DNA of 64,000 nucleotides. Origin: the human T2T-CHM13v2.0 reference genome, Homo sapiens. The stretch is taken from NCBI RefSeq assembly GCF_009914755.1, contig NC_060926.1; one strand, given 5' to 3'. The notes under the pieces were generated by a model. That model searched no databases and had not been told where the DNA came from. It saw only the letters and a list, made by a program, of their open reading frames with translations. Shown in pieces: positions 16,163-30,553 of the stretch (position 1 is its first letter; every line of letters begins with the position of its first letter). Both the position numbers and the translations under genes were made by a program.

Positions 16163-16301
16163 GGCCAGGTGTGGTGGCTCGTGCATGTAATCCCAGGACT
16201 TTGGGAGGCCCAGGCAAGTGGATCCCTTGAGCTCAGGAGTTTGAGACCAGACTGGGCAACATGGTGAAACCTCATCTCTTTGAAAATAAAATAAAAATAA
16301 A
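16163..16301 (+). mobile_element. FLAM_C / Alu left monomer
   Basis: Single arm followed by a (AAAAT)n tail. Confidence 0.85.
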
Positions 16302-16824
16302 ATCCAAAGCTCATACTCCTTCTGCACACTCCATTGACACATAATATCTTGTATTTGGGAGGGGTACCCTTGAGGTTTTCAGGTTCAAGGGCTCAGTTGA
16401 ATATCCCTCACAAGGGCCTAGTGCTCTTAGAACTTGGAAGTTTCAAAAACAAAAAATAAAAAAAGAAAGAAAATATTTTAAAAATTAGAAAAAAAAGAAA
16501 TTAAAATAAATATTTAAAAAGATTGTATTTGTTGTTCTTTCTCCTTTTAAATGCAAATTCATATTCATACCTAATTTTAAAATCAAAGTATTGTTTATAT
16601 ACAGTAAAATAAGTCATTATAATTGTTTTTTTTTTTCTTAAATGTAACCCCTAAAATTGTCTAAGTTTCAGGCATCCAAAACCATCCTGTACAAAACCCA
16701 GGTGCCCTTTCTGCATTTCTTTATCCAACCAAGAAATAAATCAACATAAGGAAGTAAAACCTTGAAAAGGGGATTAAGAACTGAAAGGATTCTGGGTGAT
16801 ATCACAATTGGAAAATATTTTTAA

Positions 16825-17131
<307 letters not shown>

Positions 17132-18879
17132 TACATAATTGTTAATATAGTTATAAAACCTAGTGTAAGTACAAAAAGTAATTTTTGAAAGAGAAAAATA
17201 CTATAAAAATTTATTATTATATATCCGAAATATTGGATCATTTTATAAGATGTGGTATGGAGTTGGGGGAGATATGAAGAGGACTATATTTCCCATAGTC
17301 CATAAGCTTTGTATTTAGAGTCTGTTGAGGATGGTATGTGGTTTTGTCGTTTAACCTAACATTGGTGTAATATTCTACATGTGATAACTTGTGTATCATG
17401 GGTATTCACAATCAGAATGGACATTGGTTGGAACAACCCACATAGCCATCCTAGAGCATACTGAAACAAAACATTATCTTAGATGTAAATAATCACTGGT
17501 AGAAAATTGCAATTCTAAATCATTAGATTTTTTAAAAAAAGCAAATTCTAAAATCTTCAATTAATATCCAGTTATTCTTCAGTGAGAATGTTGGATTTGG
17601 GAATACAATAACTATTTAGTGGATCAAAATATTCCTATCTTATCCTTGACATCATTAAGCCAAGGCAAATAGAGATACAGGGACACATTAGCTCCTATAC
17701 TAGATCATTAGAATACCAGTGGTCAAAACATAACAGCTACAAAGCTTTTGGTGCCTTCAATGTTGGTTTCAAAGAGAGCAATTGCAGTAAATGTCTGTGA
17801 ACTTTTGAAGGGCTGATCTCACTTTCTTTTCTCCACTCCAGGAATGAAAGCAAAGCCCTTTTGAAAAAATGGTATTCATCATCTATCAGTGCCTTGACTT
17901 TGTTCTTCCCATTACAGGTTCATTGGTTTAAAAAGTATTTGCTAAAATAGGCAAAGGCCCTCTTTCCCCCTCAAAAGCAAATAAAAACCCCCAAACCCAA
18001 AACAACAATAAAATTTTCTGTGAAGTGCTAACTAATTTCTGCATTTGTTATATAGAAAATGTTGAAATTATAATTGGAAAAGTAGTGAAACTCAGACTTG
18101 GAACTCTGAAACAGTGATTCTTTCCTGTACAAGGTGGATATTTTTAATCTTTAGGACTTTTAAGTTCTATATAATATTTTTTTGTTAGTTGTTATAGAAA
18201 ACACAACTCTAGAAATACATCCTACCTTCCTCTTATCCTGAAATCTCAGGTCAATACTTGATCACTTGTGGGTTATGGCATAGAGATGGCATTCCAATTA
18301 TTCATCCGCCTGAACATGGCAGGAGTATTGTTCCCACCCCCTTTTTTTTACATTACTGTAAACTGTTGCTACTATGTTTCAATTCGTTTGCTGGCTATAA
18401 ATGTGTATGTGTGTGTGTATGTGTGTCCTATCTGTTCCTGTATACGAAATTTTCTAGTAACTCAAGATTGTGATACCAAGGCAAATGTTTCCAGCATCAA
18501 AAATGAATATTTCATGGGCCTGTCATTTTTAATTTTTATTCTTTTGGCTTTCATTTAGGAATAGTTTAGTTCAGTTGCTTGAGTACAGTTGATTGAATAC
18601 AGTTGCAGCAACTAATTAAAATCTGTTATAAGTTAGGGGCACTTTAAATCTGTGCTCTTTTGTCTCCACTATGACGCATTATTTTAAGCCCAGAGTTTAG
18701 AACCTGTACAAATTCCCTCTCAGTCTGAAGCTTTGATGAATGATGAAGAGGATGCGGTATTACTCACTTTGAACTGAAAAAAAGTTTGTTAAAATATAAT
18801 GTTCTATAAAAAGGTGGCAGAAACAGATTCTTTCTCTTTTCTTGTTGAAAATAGGTAAGGCTCCCTTGCCATTGGGTTT

Positions 18880-19277
18880 CCTGTTTAATGGTTGGGTTTT
18901 TCCTGTAAAGGTTTCTCCCTGCAGGAAGTCGGAGCTTCAGAGGAGTGCAAGGTCACGGTGTTTGTTATCCCACCTGCCTGTCTGTCAAGTCGCTGAGGAT
19001 TGGCTTTGTTCCTCTACCAAAGGCCACAGCCCCTGCCAGGGAACCTCTTGTCCAGCCTGCCATCTGGGTCTATTCTTTCCTCCCTGTATGTTTCCAGACC
19101 TAGGGCTGGCAGCAGCTCCCTTCTATTGGTACCCTCGAGGTACTGTGCCTGCCATGTCTTCTTGCTTCATCTAAACCCTGCACATTCCTTTGTAAAAAGT
19201 GGTTTTAATTAAACTCACCTCAAATTTTCCAGTGTAAGTGTGCCTTCTGTTTTGTTTTCAGGTCCTTGGGTAAGGCA
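18880..19277 (+). mobile_element. LTR33-like ERVL LTR remnant
   Basis: 'ctaaaccctgcacattcctttgtaaaaag...attaaactc...tgtgccttctgttt' resembles the LTR33 3' end. Confidence 0.55.
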
Positions 19278-20719
19278 GTCATTTAAATAAATTAGGCATT
19301 TTGGGCAATATTTATGATAAGGGAGAGAGAATAGGGAGCCACAGAGTCCTGCATGACATTCCTGGGCAATTCCTTCCCTTTCAACTCCATTGATTGCCCT
19401 AATTGGCTCTTCCTTCTTCTGGCCCCCAGTTTCCTCATGTCTGACTAAAGCCTTTCATTTCCCTTCTCCATGAAATCATCTCTACTTCAGATTAAGTCCA
19501 GTACTCTAGATATAATGCTCTCTCTCATCTCCTGAACTTCTCATAAACTTTTTGTCTCCTATGCCTCATTCTCTTGAACACCGATGTCAATTAATTGTTA
19601 AGTAGGAAAGCAATTTTGACATACTAACCTATGTTAAGGCACAAAGGTCTACTAATGCCTTAATCATGTGTAGCACACCATGGAGTACTGACTTCTGAAA
19701 ATAAAAATGACTTATCCCAGGTTACATAGCATGAACAAAAGAGTGACTCTCTAATGATGAAAATATCACCCGTAAAGGCAGGGAGTGTTATTAGAAAGAT
19801 ATTATGAAGCAACAAGCGCAACCTAAAGTCACACAATAGGAGTCTGTCAGCTCAACTTAAAAGTAAGGTTTGTACTGAGACCTCAGTGGTAAGTTTAATG
19901 TTCAAGACTATGCCAAAATGAGATCATTTCTCTTCCTAGTAATAAGAACAAAAGTAGAATGGATATTGGAAAACTTGATACAAGAAATGAGCACCTACTA
20001 TAATAATTATGTCTAGATGTGAGCAATCTCCATTTAGATCTTGGGTGGGTACAACTTAACGTGTTAAAACTTAAGTAGAAATCTGAAGAGTAAGGAATTG
20101 GACATACTTTGGATAAAGTTAAGACCTTCCGAAGGATAAGGACCATTTTCAGAGCCATGTTGCTTTTTATTCCTCTGATATAAAAAGTTTGGGGTGTCAT
20201 TAATACTTGTAGTCTAATTTCTGATGGTTTGCATTATTATGTATTTGACGCCATTAACGTCAGCACTCAGATACGCTTTACATACAATATCTTAAGAGCT
20301 TCTGTTGGTAGTGCCATCCAATGTAGCCCAGAAATGAATGAAAAAATCTCACTTTGTCATATGCACTTTATGCAGTTTGATTAGGGCATGCATGTATGTT
20401 GCATAGCAGGATTTTATTAAAATACTGCATATCAATTCATTTGCATGGGGGAGGCCAGTAATGTCCCTCCAGCATCTACATATGATTTCTAGCACCCCAA
20501 ACTAGAAATCATTTGGCTCAGAAATAGAACTTGGAGAACAGCTAGGTTTCAACATCAGAGACAGAGACCTGGGGATAGGAGAGTGTGAACCAGAGGGAGA
20601 TTTGCAGGAGAAAATCTTTTAGAAAGTTCAATCCTTTGAAAACTCTCCCTAAACCTTCCCTAAAGCCCTCATATACTGACCATTGAGGTTTCCATTGAAT
20701 ATTTTACACTGTTTATTTT

Positions 20720-21045
20720 ACCATTCACCATTCATCCAGAAGATGCCTACCAAGCACCAGATGCCACTCTGGGTGCTGCGGATGCATTGGTGAGAAAAAA
20801 ATAGATAAACTACTTCTACCTTGTAGGGAGTGAGGGGCAGGGAAATAGACCATAAGCAATACATATAATAAATCATTAGGCCATATAGTGGGCTAGAAGA
20901 TGATAAGTGTTGGCTAAAAAGAAATAGAGCTGGGTAAGGGGGTCAGGAATTTGGGAAGTTATCATTTATCAAGTGACCTTATTGAGCAGGTGACATTTGA
21001 GCCAAGACTTGAAGGAGGTAAGAAAATGAGCCACACAGCTACCTC
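20720..21045. mobile_element. L2 fragment
   Basis: 'cattcatcc...tgggtgctgcggatgca...ggtgacatttgagccaagacttgaaggag'. Confidence 0.6.
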
Positions 21046-21067
21046 TTTAACACTGACCGTTAAATCA

Positions 21068-21395
<328 letters not shown>

Positions 21396-21396
<1 letters not shown>

Positions 21397-21710
21397 AGCT
21401 CTGTCTGGTTGAAATAGAATGCAAATAGCATAGGTCATTTAAGATTTTACAGTAGTCACATTTTAAAAAGTAAAAAGAAATAGGTAAATTTATTTTAACA
21501 AAATATTTTATCTAACCTATTCTATTCAAAATATTTCAGCATGAAATCAAAATTCTAGAAAAAAATTAGATTTTTGCATTTTGTTTTTCATACTAAGTCT
21601 TAGACATGTGATGTGTATTTTCCGATTACAGCACATCTCAATTTGGACTAGCCACATATCACATGCTCAGTAGCACATATGGTCAGTGGATACCATATTG
21701 GGTGGTATAG
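21396..21710. mobile_element. MER33/MER3-type hAT-Charlie element
   Basis: 'aaaagtaaaaagaaataggt...tacagcacatctcaatttggactagccaca...taccatattgg'. Confidence 0.7.
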
Positions 21711-22437
21711 CCTTAAAGAGGGTTGAAAAAGTGTCACTTTTGAAGAGCATACTCAAAAGGAGTGAGTGGTCCCTCTGCTTTCCCATCCCTCCAGGCTAGG
21801 CAGGGGGTGTTTGTGGGCAGTGGAGAGGAGGCAATCTTAATTTGGGGAAGGATGAATTTCCTGCAAACAAAGCATTAGGGAGTTTTCTTTCTATTTTAGA
21901 CCAATAAGGGTAGCTATCTCATATCATCCCCTTTGAATCAGCAGTGTGATATGAAGGGTCATGTTCAATTCTCAGGCCTTTGTCTACATCTTCCACCAAA
22001 GCCTTCCTCTCCTTTAGGAATTGTCTCACTGAGAGACTGGTTTGGCCGAATTATCCATTCAAGATCAAGCCTTTATTTGTGGTATTTTGTATGTTTGTTG
22101 GAGATGGAGACGATAGCCTTAAACTAGAGGTTAAGAATGTAAAATAGTGGCTTTGAAGGATGCAATTGTCCTGTAGATGCCAGGGTTCTAATATTACGAC
22201 CATTTATAAGTTATCAAGTTCAGCAAGAATGAGGAAGAAACAAACCATATATTATAGCCATTTTTGTAGTTCCTAGCAATCAACTATGAAAAACAGCTGT
22301 TATTAGTTTTTCCTTTCCCAACTAGATTATAAATCCACAAAAATAGGAGCCATGTATTCATGACATTCTCTTTTCTTTTGTATCCTCCATAGAGGGTAGT
22401 GCTGAGTTGCTATTTAATAAATATTTATAGATCACTC

Positions 22438-22769
22438 CAGGTGTTGGCAAACCTTTTCTGTAAGGACCAGATAATAAATATTTCAGTCTTTGAGAACTAT
22501 ACTGTTTCTGTCACAACTACCCTACCTTGCTGTTGCAGCACAAAATCAAGCATAGATAATATATAACTGATGGGCATAGATGCATGCCAATAAAACTTTA
22601 TTGATATATACAAGTTTAAACATCATGCAATTTTTACATGTTACAAGGTATTGTTCTGCTTTTGTTTTTTTCAATTGTTTAAAAATGCGAAAAAACACTG
22701 TTAGCTCAGCTGTGTGAAAACAGGCAATGAGCTGGATTAGGTCTAAGAGTTATCGTGTACCAATGCCTG
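22438..22769 (+). mobile_element. MER58-type hAT-Charlie element
   Basis: cagg..ttggcaaac start, 'ccaataaaactttatt', ...cctg end. Confidence 0.75.
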
Positions 22770-24811
22770 GTTTCCATTATTCTCATTTTTTGCTCAGCCA
22801 TTTTCGTTTCTTTTTTTCCTGTGCCTCTTTATTACCTAATTCTCTCTCCCTCCTTTCTTTTTGACTTTCCTTCATCTCACTGCTGATTCTCCTATATCTT
22901 CCTTCTTTCCCATTCTTCCTTATCTTTTCTTCTTTCTTCAAACCCCATAGCCATTTTCTTCTATTTGCCTAAGCACTGTCATCTTAGGTGGAGCGGTTTC
23001 CAGAAACACAGCTTCACTTTCAGGAAGAAATAGATGGGATTAAAATAATATTTAAAACATGGAGTCCTAAAGTTATTATATTATGCCCTCCCATTTCCCT
23101 TCTTCTCCTCCTTCTCTTCTTTTTATTTCTCCATATACCAAGTACAATGGTAAAAGAATAAAAGTGACTTACATGTGTATATGGACAGAAGTCTCATTAC
23201 TAACATGTGCATGTATGAGAGTGGGTAATGGTTATGTCAGTTGTGCTATTTGTTTTGTGTTAACTTGTAGTAATTGAGCCTTTTGGCTGTTCATGCTTTC
23301 ACATTTTTCTGCAAAATCAGGCACTTATTTGAGAAAATTTTCTTGACCTGCTAACATATTTAGTTTGGCTGAAAGTAATTTTTATTATTCCCAACCACTT
23401 TTAATTGATAGCTACTAATTATAAATACGACCTTATTCAAGTCTTTTTTTACAACACTTTCACAAGCAATTTGCCTCAAATCTATCAGGTTTGATAAACA
23501 GTCTTTATAATTCAGTTACCAGGGAATTTCTGAAAGTACAGACACACAAAGCAAAAAGCAAACAAAACAACCTCCACAAAAACAATAACAACAAAATCCC
23601 TTTGGTTCTTGTCAACACTGTTCAGAGCATGTCTCCTTTGAAACAAGACCATTTCAGCAATTAAAAAAAAAATACAGCAGATTTTCCCTTCTTGCTTCTT
23701 TCCCCCTTTTTTTAAATAAAATTGCCAACTTAAAAATATTATAACATTTTACCATTGTCAGCAGTTATACAGAATTTTGCTCACAAATCCAAGATGGTTC
23801 CGCCTTTCCTTATTTTTTTTTAAGGACACACTGATTAGGTATTAGAATCAATACCCCCCTGCCTTTGATAGAATTCTTTTTTCTTTTACAAGTAATCTCT
23901 GAATTAAAGGTTAGGCAATCGATTTCTTCAGCTATTTTTACCATTGTCTTAGTCACAGAGATCTGATCTAAGACAGACCATAATTTTTCCCCTTAATTCA
24001 GAATATTCGATAGAATATGATAGTACAAATAGCATAATCTAGACTGAAGCAAATTGCTTACAAAAGGCATGAAAGCTTCATAATCATTCTGTCTTCAAAT
24101 GAACACAGAGTATTGATTTGAAATATTGTTCCAGCTCCTGTCCTCTTGAGGAGTATACTGACAATTCACTGAATATTACAAAAGCATCTCAGTTGTGTGG
24201 ATTGCAGAAAAATGCTGACTATGATAACATCTGTGATTTGTTATTACAAATTGAAAGATAATAAAATAATTATCTCTAGTTGCATAGTTACTGATTTTAG
24301 CATTGCAACCATATTGCACTTAATACCTTGATAATGTTTATAACATCCCACAGATGTGAGTGAAAAATACAAATACCAGTATTTTAGACAAGAAAGCATA
24401 GGTATTCAGCAAGTGTTTTGTAATAAAATTTGTACAGTATTATAAAGCTAATCATAAATATTAAAGTTTAGTTTACATACTGTTTACATTTCCTCATTTG
24501 TTCATTAACAAAAATTAATCTGAAGACTACAAACATAAAAAGGTTACTGTCTATAAAACACACAACTTTGCCATTCAGATGTCCTAAAGTCTTTCATATA
24601 CTTTATATGTAGTTTTACCAATGTTAGAGCAAGAGAAAAAGACAACCTTCTCTTTAAATCCAGAAAAGAGCGAGAAAAATAGTTTTGTGGGCATACTCAA
24701 AGAAACAGAGGTGGTAATTACGGCAGCCCACTCTAAGAGTGACATTTCTCTGTTTCAGCCCACTAAAAAAATGTGCAAAGAAACAAGTAGGCCATTGTGG
24801 CTGTATTTTCT

Positions 24812-25103
24812 TTTTTCTTTTTTTTTTTTGAGACGGAGTCTCACACTGTTGCTCAGGCTGGAGTGCGGTGGCATATTCTTGCAATCTCCACCTCCCGGGT
24901 TCAAGTGATTCTCCTGCCTCAACCTCCTGAGTAGCTGAGATTACAGGTGCACACCACCACGCCCAGCTAATTTTTGTATCTTTAGTAGAGACAGGGTTTC
25001 ACCATGTTGGCTAGGCTGGTCTCGAACTCCTGACCTCAAGTGATCCACCCGCCTTGGCATCCCAAAATGCTGAGATTACAGGTGTGAGCCACCGCGCCCA
25101 GCC
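24812..25103 (-). mobile_element. Alu (AluSx)
   Basis: Reverse dimer; 16-bp TSD tgtggctgtattttct. Confidence 0.95.
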
Positions 25104-25664
25104 TGTGGCTGTATTTTCTAAAGCTTGTTGCACCAATATATATCTCATTCCACATGCTCTTGTTACAGTGTTGCATCAACATGCCTCCATTGAGCTGTGG
25201 GGTCTGTTTTCTCCCCTTGAACCTGGGTGGAGCTTTCTAACAGCCTCAAGCAATAGAACGTGATGAATATGACATTACAGGACTTATGAGACTAGGACAT
25301 AAAGGGACATATAATTTCTATCTGGTTCTTTCTTTCTCACTCAGGGCACTTGCCCCTTTGGAGTCAGCCACCATGTTATGAGGAAGTCTGGGACACATGA
25401 AGAGGCCACATGCACTTATTCTGTCTAAAAGCCCTAGCTAATTGCAAGGCTGACAGCCAGCAGCAACTATCATTTTTGTGAATAAATAAGTCTTCAGATG
25501 ATTCCAAATCCCAGCCTTTGAGTCACCCCAGCTGATGTCAAGTAGAGCAAAGATGAGCTATCCTCACCGAACTCCATCTAAATTGCTGATTCCTGAGCAA
25601 AATAAATGTCATTGTTCTAAGTCTCTAAATCTTGGAGTCATTTATTATGTAGCCATAGATAACA
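25104..25664 (+). mobile_element. MLT1 (F/G/H-like) MaLR LTR
   Basis: tgtggc start, 'cagccaccatgttatgaggaag', 'agcaaaataaatg...tagataaca' end. Confidence 0.75.
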
Positions 25665-26744
25665 GGAATGGCCTTCAACAAGATAGTTCTTTAACACTGT
25701 AAAAATTATCTTGCTCATGTAATAGGGGTTCCACTGGATCTCCAGAAACCAATGCTGAACCATATCAATTCCTAGCATACTTAACTCATTTCCCCATTTG
25801 TTGAGTATAGAGTTCCCTTTTGTGATTGCCTTGGGAATGGAAACAAGAGAGATCACTTCAGAACAGAAAGAGACCAGGGAATTACTTCTCTATGGTTTTT
25901 GTGAGTCCCCAGAGCTAGAAAAAAAATTAATTGGCTTACACTAAAATGCTTAACTTAGTTCTGTTCTTGGAGGAACACCTTTACGGCTAGCGACATGATA
26001 GACATTGCCACTCTTGTGTACTTATTATGAAACAAGAATGATCTATCTCCTTAATTGTAGCAAAAATAACTTTTGAGATGCGGGTAAGTAAGCAGTAGGG
26101 ACGGGCAGAGCAGTAACTAAGTTGTGTTCATAGGTATTGTGCAAGTTCTTAAGTAGGCTGGAAGCACATGGTTATGGCAAGTGTGGAGTTATTTCCCCAT
26201 TTTTAACTCAGCAGGATGACTCCTGTTGTTGACCTAAGAATCACAGGATGAGAGGAAGAAACCTGCCAAGGCATGTCGGCCAACTCCTCAGAGAAATACT
26301 ACAGTTAACTTAGAGGTCAGTGTCACCATTTCAGCGTGGCTTTTTAAAATGTTGGCACCTTTCAAAGATTCCTGTCAACAAAACACTTAAACTTTATTAA
26401 CATAAGTTGTTTACAGCATCTATATGGAACAACTAGCTGATGTGGCTGAAAAGTTTATATTTGGGGTTAATTCCAGGTGTTTTGAGGACTCCATGTCAAT
26501 AACATAGTTCTTCCCTGGATGAGATCCCAACAAATTCATATGGATTATTGGGCCAACATAATCTTTATAGAACAGCAAGAGGCTTGTATGCAGCCATGTA
26601 ATATACTATGGTAACATCTGAATCAATTGCAGTTCAGTAGACAAAACTTCGAGTCAAAGCTTTTATGCAAATATTCTTTAAAACTGCCATGATGAGGTGG
26701 CCAAGACAATATAAAATCCATTTCCTAGAAGAAGAAAAAGGTAG

Positions 26745-26982
26745 AGAGTAGAGTATTTAATAGTATAGACTCTGGAGCCAGACTGTCTGGGTTCAAATTC
26801 TGTCTCTGACACTGGTTTCATGATCCTAGGTGGAGGTATGTAGTCTTTCTTAGCCTCAGTTCACTCATTTACAAAATAAAAATGATGGAGTTGTAGGCAG
26901 AAAGAAATTGATTCATGCACAGAGCATACGACAGTGCTTGTTTTGCGGTAAGTGCTCAGTAATTGTTACCTATTATTATTAT
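26745..26982 (+). mobile_element. MIR SINE
   Basis: 'gactctggagccagactgtctgggttcaaat...gcctcagtt...taagtgctcagtaa'. Confidence 0.8.
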
Positions 26983-27501
26983 TTTGTGAGTGAACTATAG
27001 AGTATAGTGAATAACTCAAAAATGTCCCCTCTCTTCCCATTATGGAGTATTTTAGGGTTCTGGGCAGTTAATTATTCAGCTTCTTTGGCCAGGAAAAGAT
27101 ACGCTCCAAGCACATTCTATAACATCGACACTTTCTCTAGAAGTGGCTCAGTCGCTCTAGGAATCTGCTGTAATAACCCTAAACACCAACATTAGATACT
27201 ATTCTTTTAATTTCACCCTTGGTAAGTAGAGAGCACATCATGACCAGTGAGTGTGTGGTTTCAATGCTGCATAGTGAGATAATGAGAAAGCCTTGCAAAA
27301 AGAGAAAACAAGGCTTGTATTGTAGTTGTGAAAATTGAGAAAGGAGGTGGGAGACTCCTGGCTTCAAAAGGAATTCAGGCTATAGATGATATTCTTGAAG
27401 CACTTAATGTTTCCGAGCTAGCCATCATTATTTTTCTCACTATGTATAGCTCCCTTCCTATAAGCTTAAGAATAAATGATAGGAAATTGTGGTTTATTCT
27501 C

Positions 27502-27923
27502 CCTGAATGCCCATCAAAGATCGACTGGATAAAGAAAATGTGGTACATATACACCATGGCATACTATGCAGCCATAAAAAAGAATGAGATCATGTCCTTT
27601 GCAGGAACATGGGTGGAGCTGGAGGCCATTATACTGAGCAAACTAATGCAGGAAGAGAAAACCAAATACCACGTTCTCACTTATAAGTGAGAGCTAAGTG
27701 GTGAGAACACATGGACACATAGAGGGGAACGACACACACTGGGGCCTATTGCAGGGTGGAGGCTGGAAGGAGGGAAACGATCAGGAAAAATAACTAATGA
27801 GTACTAGATTTAATACGGGGAGAAAATAATTTGTGAACAAACCCCCACGACACAGTTTTACCTATATAACAAACTTGCACATGTACACTTGAACTAAAAA
27901 GTTAAAACAAAACAAACAAAAAA
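27502..27923 (+). mobile_element. 5'-truncated L1PA/L1PB 3' end, followed by a probable 3' transduction to 28004
   Basis: ORF2 C-terminus (CPS..DWIKKMWYIYTM.YYAAIKKNEIMSFAGTW), 3'UTR and A tail; TSD tgtggtttattctc at 27488-27501 and 28005-28018. Confidence 0.9.
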
Positions 27924-28557
27924 TTTCATATTTTAATTGTATGCTGTTAATCTGTGGAAATACAATTGATTTTTAAAAATAAAAACCCTACACTCAGAAA
28001 AAAATGTGGTTTATTCTCAACATAAGAAAGTCATTTTGACCGAGAAGCAAATGACCATGTAACATCCCGGAAAGTAATACTGTGCTGAGATCAGCTCCAT
28101 TGAATGGTTTTTCCAGTAAAATGTGAAGTAACCTGACAATGGCAGACTTTTGAGGCAGAAAAACAGTAGGAAGTGCAGAGCCCCAAGATAGTTCAGTTTT
28201 CCTTAACTTTAGATCATATCCGGTGTTGCACATATGTATCTCAGTTGGCTAAAAGCTGATAGCAGAGATAGAGAAACCCAAGAAGGTGCCAGTGGAAGTT
28301 CTCATTCCAAAACTTCCCTCATCATTTGGATGCCCACTATATTCTACTTTTATGGGACTGTCAACTTTTTTTTTTCCTTCCTTGAAAAGACATTAGTGTT
28401 TTACCATTATCAGCAGTTATGAGAAACTTTGTGAAGACACGATTTTTCCTCTCTCCATAGTTCTGAGTTTTTCTGTGAATTCAGCGTTTTTATGGATGCC
28501 ATAATGAACAGATTGTTGAAGTATGAGCACCTTTTGTCAGTCACTTCTCAGTTTTGG

Positions 28558-28911
28558 TGTCAGATCCAGTCTCTGCCCTTCTCGATAATGGGAGAGCAAC
28601 ACTTCCCTGTTTCCCCTGCACTCTGACTTTTGGATCACTCTGACCAATAGAAGGCACAAGTGAGACACTGGAGGGCAGAAGGAGGGGAGAAGACAAACTA
28701 ATTCTCTCTCTCTGCTTTGGTCAATATCTCTAACAGATGTGTCTCCTCTGTGGCTCCAGCCCCCATTGGGCAGATGGAAATGGTTCCACTCTGCATTGGG
28801 CTTGGGCTTTAGAACTTCTGTAACATCTACTTAACACATTTTCTATATTAAGGTACTTCTATGGAAAACATAGACTTATTTCTGTTTTCTGACTGGACTC
28901 TGACTGATACA
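28558..28911 (+). mobile_element. LTR33/LTR41-like ERVL LTR remnant
   Basis: Ends 'tctgttttctgactggactctgactgataca'. Confidence 0.5.
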
Positions 28912-29389
28912 CACTTGTAGAATCTTTATGAATATCTCTGAAAGAAAACATTAGAATGCTGGAAAATTCTAAGATTGTAGGGGTAATAGAAATTCTAAAT
29001 AAATAAATTCTGGATCATTGATGATGCTTTGGGTATCGACAATCATGCCATTAATGATCAGATATTATTAGGCATAGACAAGCTAATCTTTGTGAAGACC
29101 TTATCCTAGGTAAGGATAGTGAGAAGTTTATTAACTCTAAATACTACATATGGGGATCTCTTAAGGGCTTTCTTCAGAGTCTTTTTATAGTCTCTATGGA
29201 GTTTTAACAAAAGCATCAGTCACAGTATGATTAGCTTAGTCCTTAGCATGCGTAATTTATTCAATAGTACCTTAGTTGACTAGAAGCTAAAATATCTCTT
29301 ATATATTTTTTCCTTAAATTAAAAAGCTTATTTCTGACTTGGAGCAAATTGCTGCAATAGCTGGATGTAGACAGAATGATATAGGCATT

Positions 29390-30522
29390 TCTTTCTGCAG
29401 TTTTAGGTTTACAGAATAATTAACCAAAAAGTATATATAACTTACATATACCCCCTCACTCTACCCCATTCCCCACACCTCAGTTTCCCCTAGTATTAAC
29501 ATCTTGCATTAGTGTGGTACATTTATTAGAATAGATGAGCCAATATTGATACATTATTATTAAGTAAAGTCTATAGTTTACATTGGGGTTCACTCTATGT
29601 GTGCACATTCTATGAGTTTTGACAAATATATGATGATACGTATTCAATTACAATATTATAGAAAATAGTTCCACAGCCCCCCAAAATCCCATGCTCTACC
29701 TCCTCATCCCGCTGTGTTGAACCCCTGACAATAATAGCTCTACTGTCTGCAAATTTTTTCCTTTTCCAGAATGTCATATAGTTAGAATCACACAGTATGT
29801 GGCCTTTTTAGATTGGCTTCTTCCACTTAGAAATATGCATTTAAGTTTCCTCCATGTATTTTCAAGTTTTGATAATGTACTTCTTTTTATCATTGAATAC
29901 CATTCAGTGATTTGGAATACCATTGTATGGATGTATCACATTTGTTTACTCATTAACCTGTTGCAAGACATCTTGTTTGCTTCCAGGTTTTGGCAATTAT
30001 GAATAAAGCTGTTATAAGCATTTGTATGCAGGTTCTTGTGTAGATGTAAGTCTTTAGCTCATTTGAATATATACCAAGGACCACATTGTAAGAGAACGTT
30101 TAGTTTTGTAAGAAATTGCTAAAGTGCCTTCAAAAGTGACTGTATCATGTTGCATGACCACTAGCAATGAACGAGATTCGTGTTGTTCCACATCCTGGCC
30201 AGCTTCCGGTGTTGTCAATGTTTTGGATTTTAGCCATTCTAATAGGTGTACAGTGGTACCACATTGTTGTTTTAATCTGTGATTCCCTAATGTGACATAT
30301 AATGTTGAGTATCTTGTCATATACTTGTTTGCCATTTGTATAGCTTCTCTTTTGAGGTGTCTGTCATATCTTTTACCCACTTTTTCAAGGGACTGTTTGC
30401 TTTCTTACTGTTGAGTTTTAAGAGTTCTTCATATATTTTGTATATCAAACCATTATCAGATATGTGTTTTGCAAATATTTTCTCCCAGTAGTCTGTGGCT
30501 TGTCTTTTCATTCTCTTAACAG
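29390..30522 (-). mobile_element. L1MC-type (L1MC1-like) 3' end
   Basis: 'gcagttttaggtttacagaa...gccaatattgatacattattat...' plus a reverse ORF2 C-terminal remnant (WEKIFAKHISD). Confidence 0.85.
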
Positions 30523-30553
30523 GAAGACTTTTTAGTGTAATTTTTCCCAATGT
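30095..30553 (-). repeat. Inverted duplication 1, left arm
   Basis: Reverse complement aligns to 33660-34116 at about 92% (manual count), including ~30 bp that does not look like L1. Confidence 0.93.

Noticed and set aside
17815-17925. Two polypyrimidine-AG splice-acceptor-like sites (ctccactccag|G, cccattacag|G)
   Set aside because: No matching donor or open frame identified; such motifs are common by chance.
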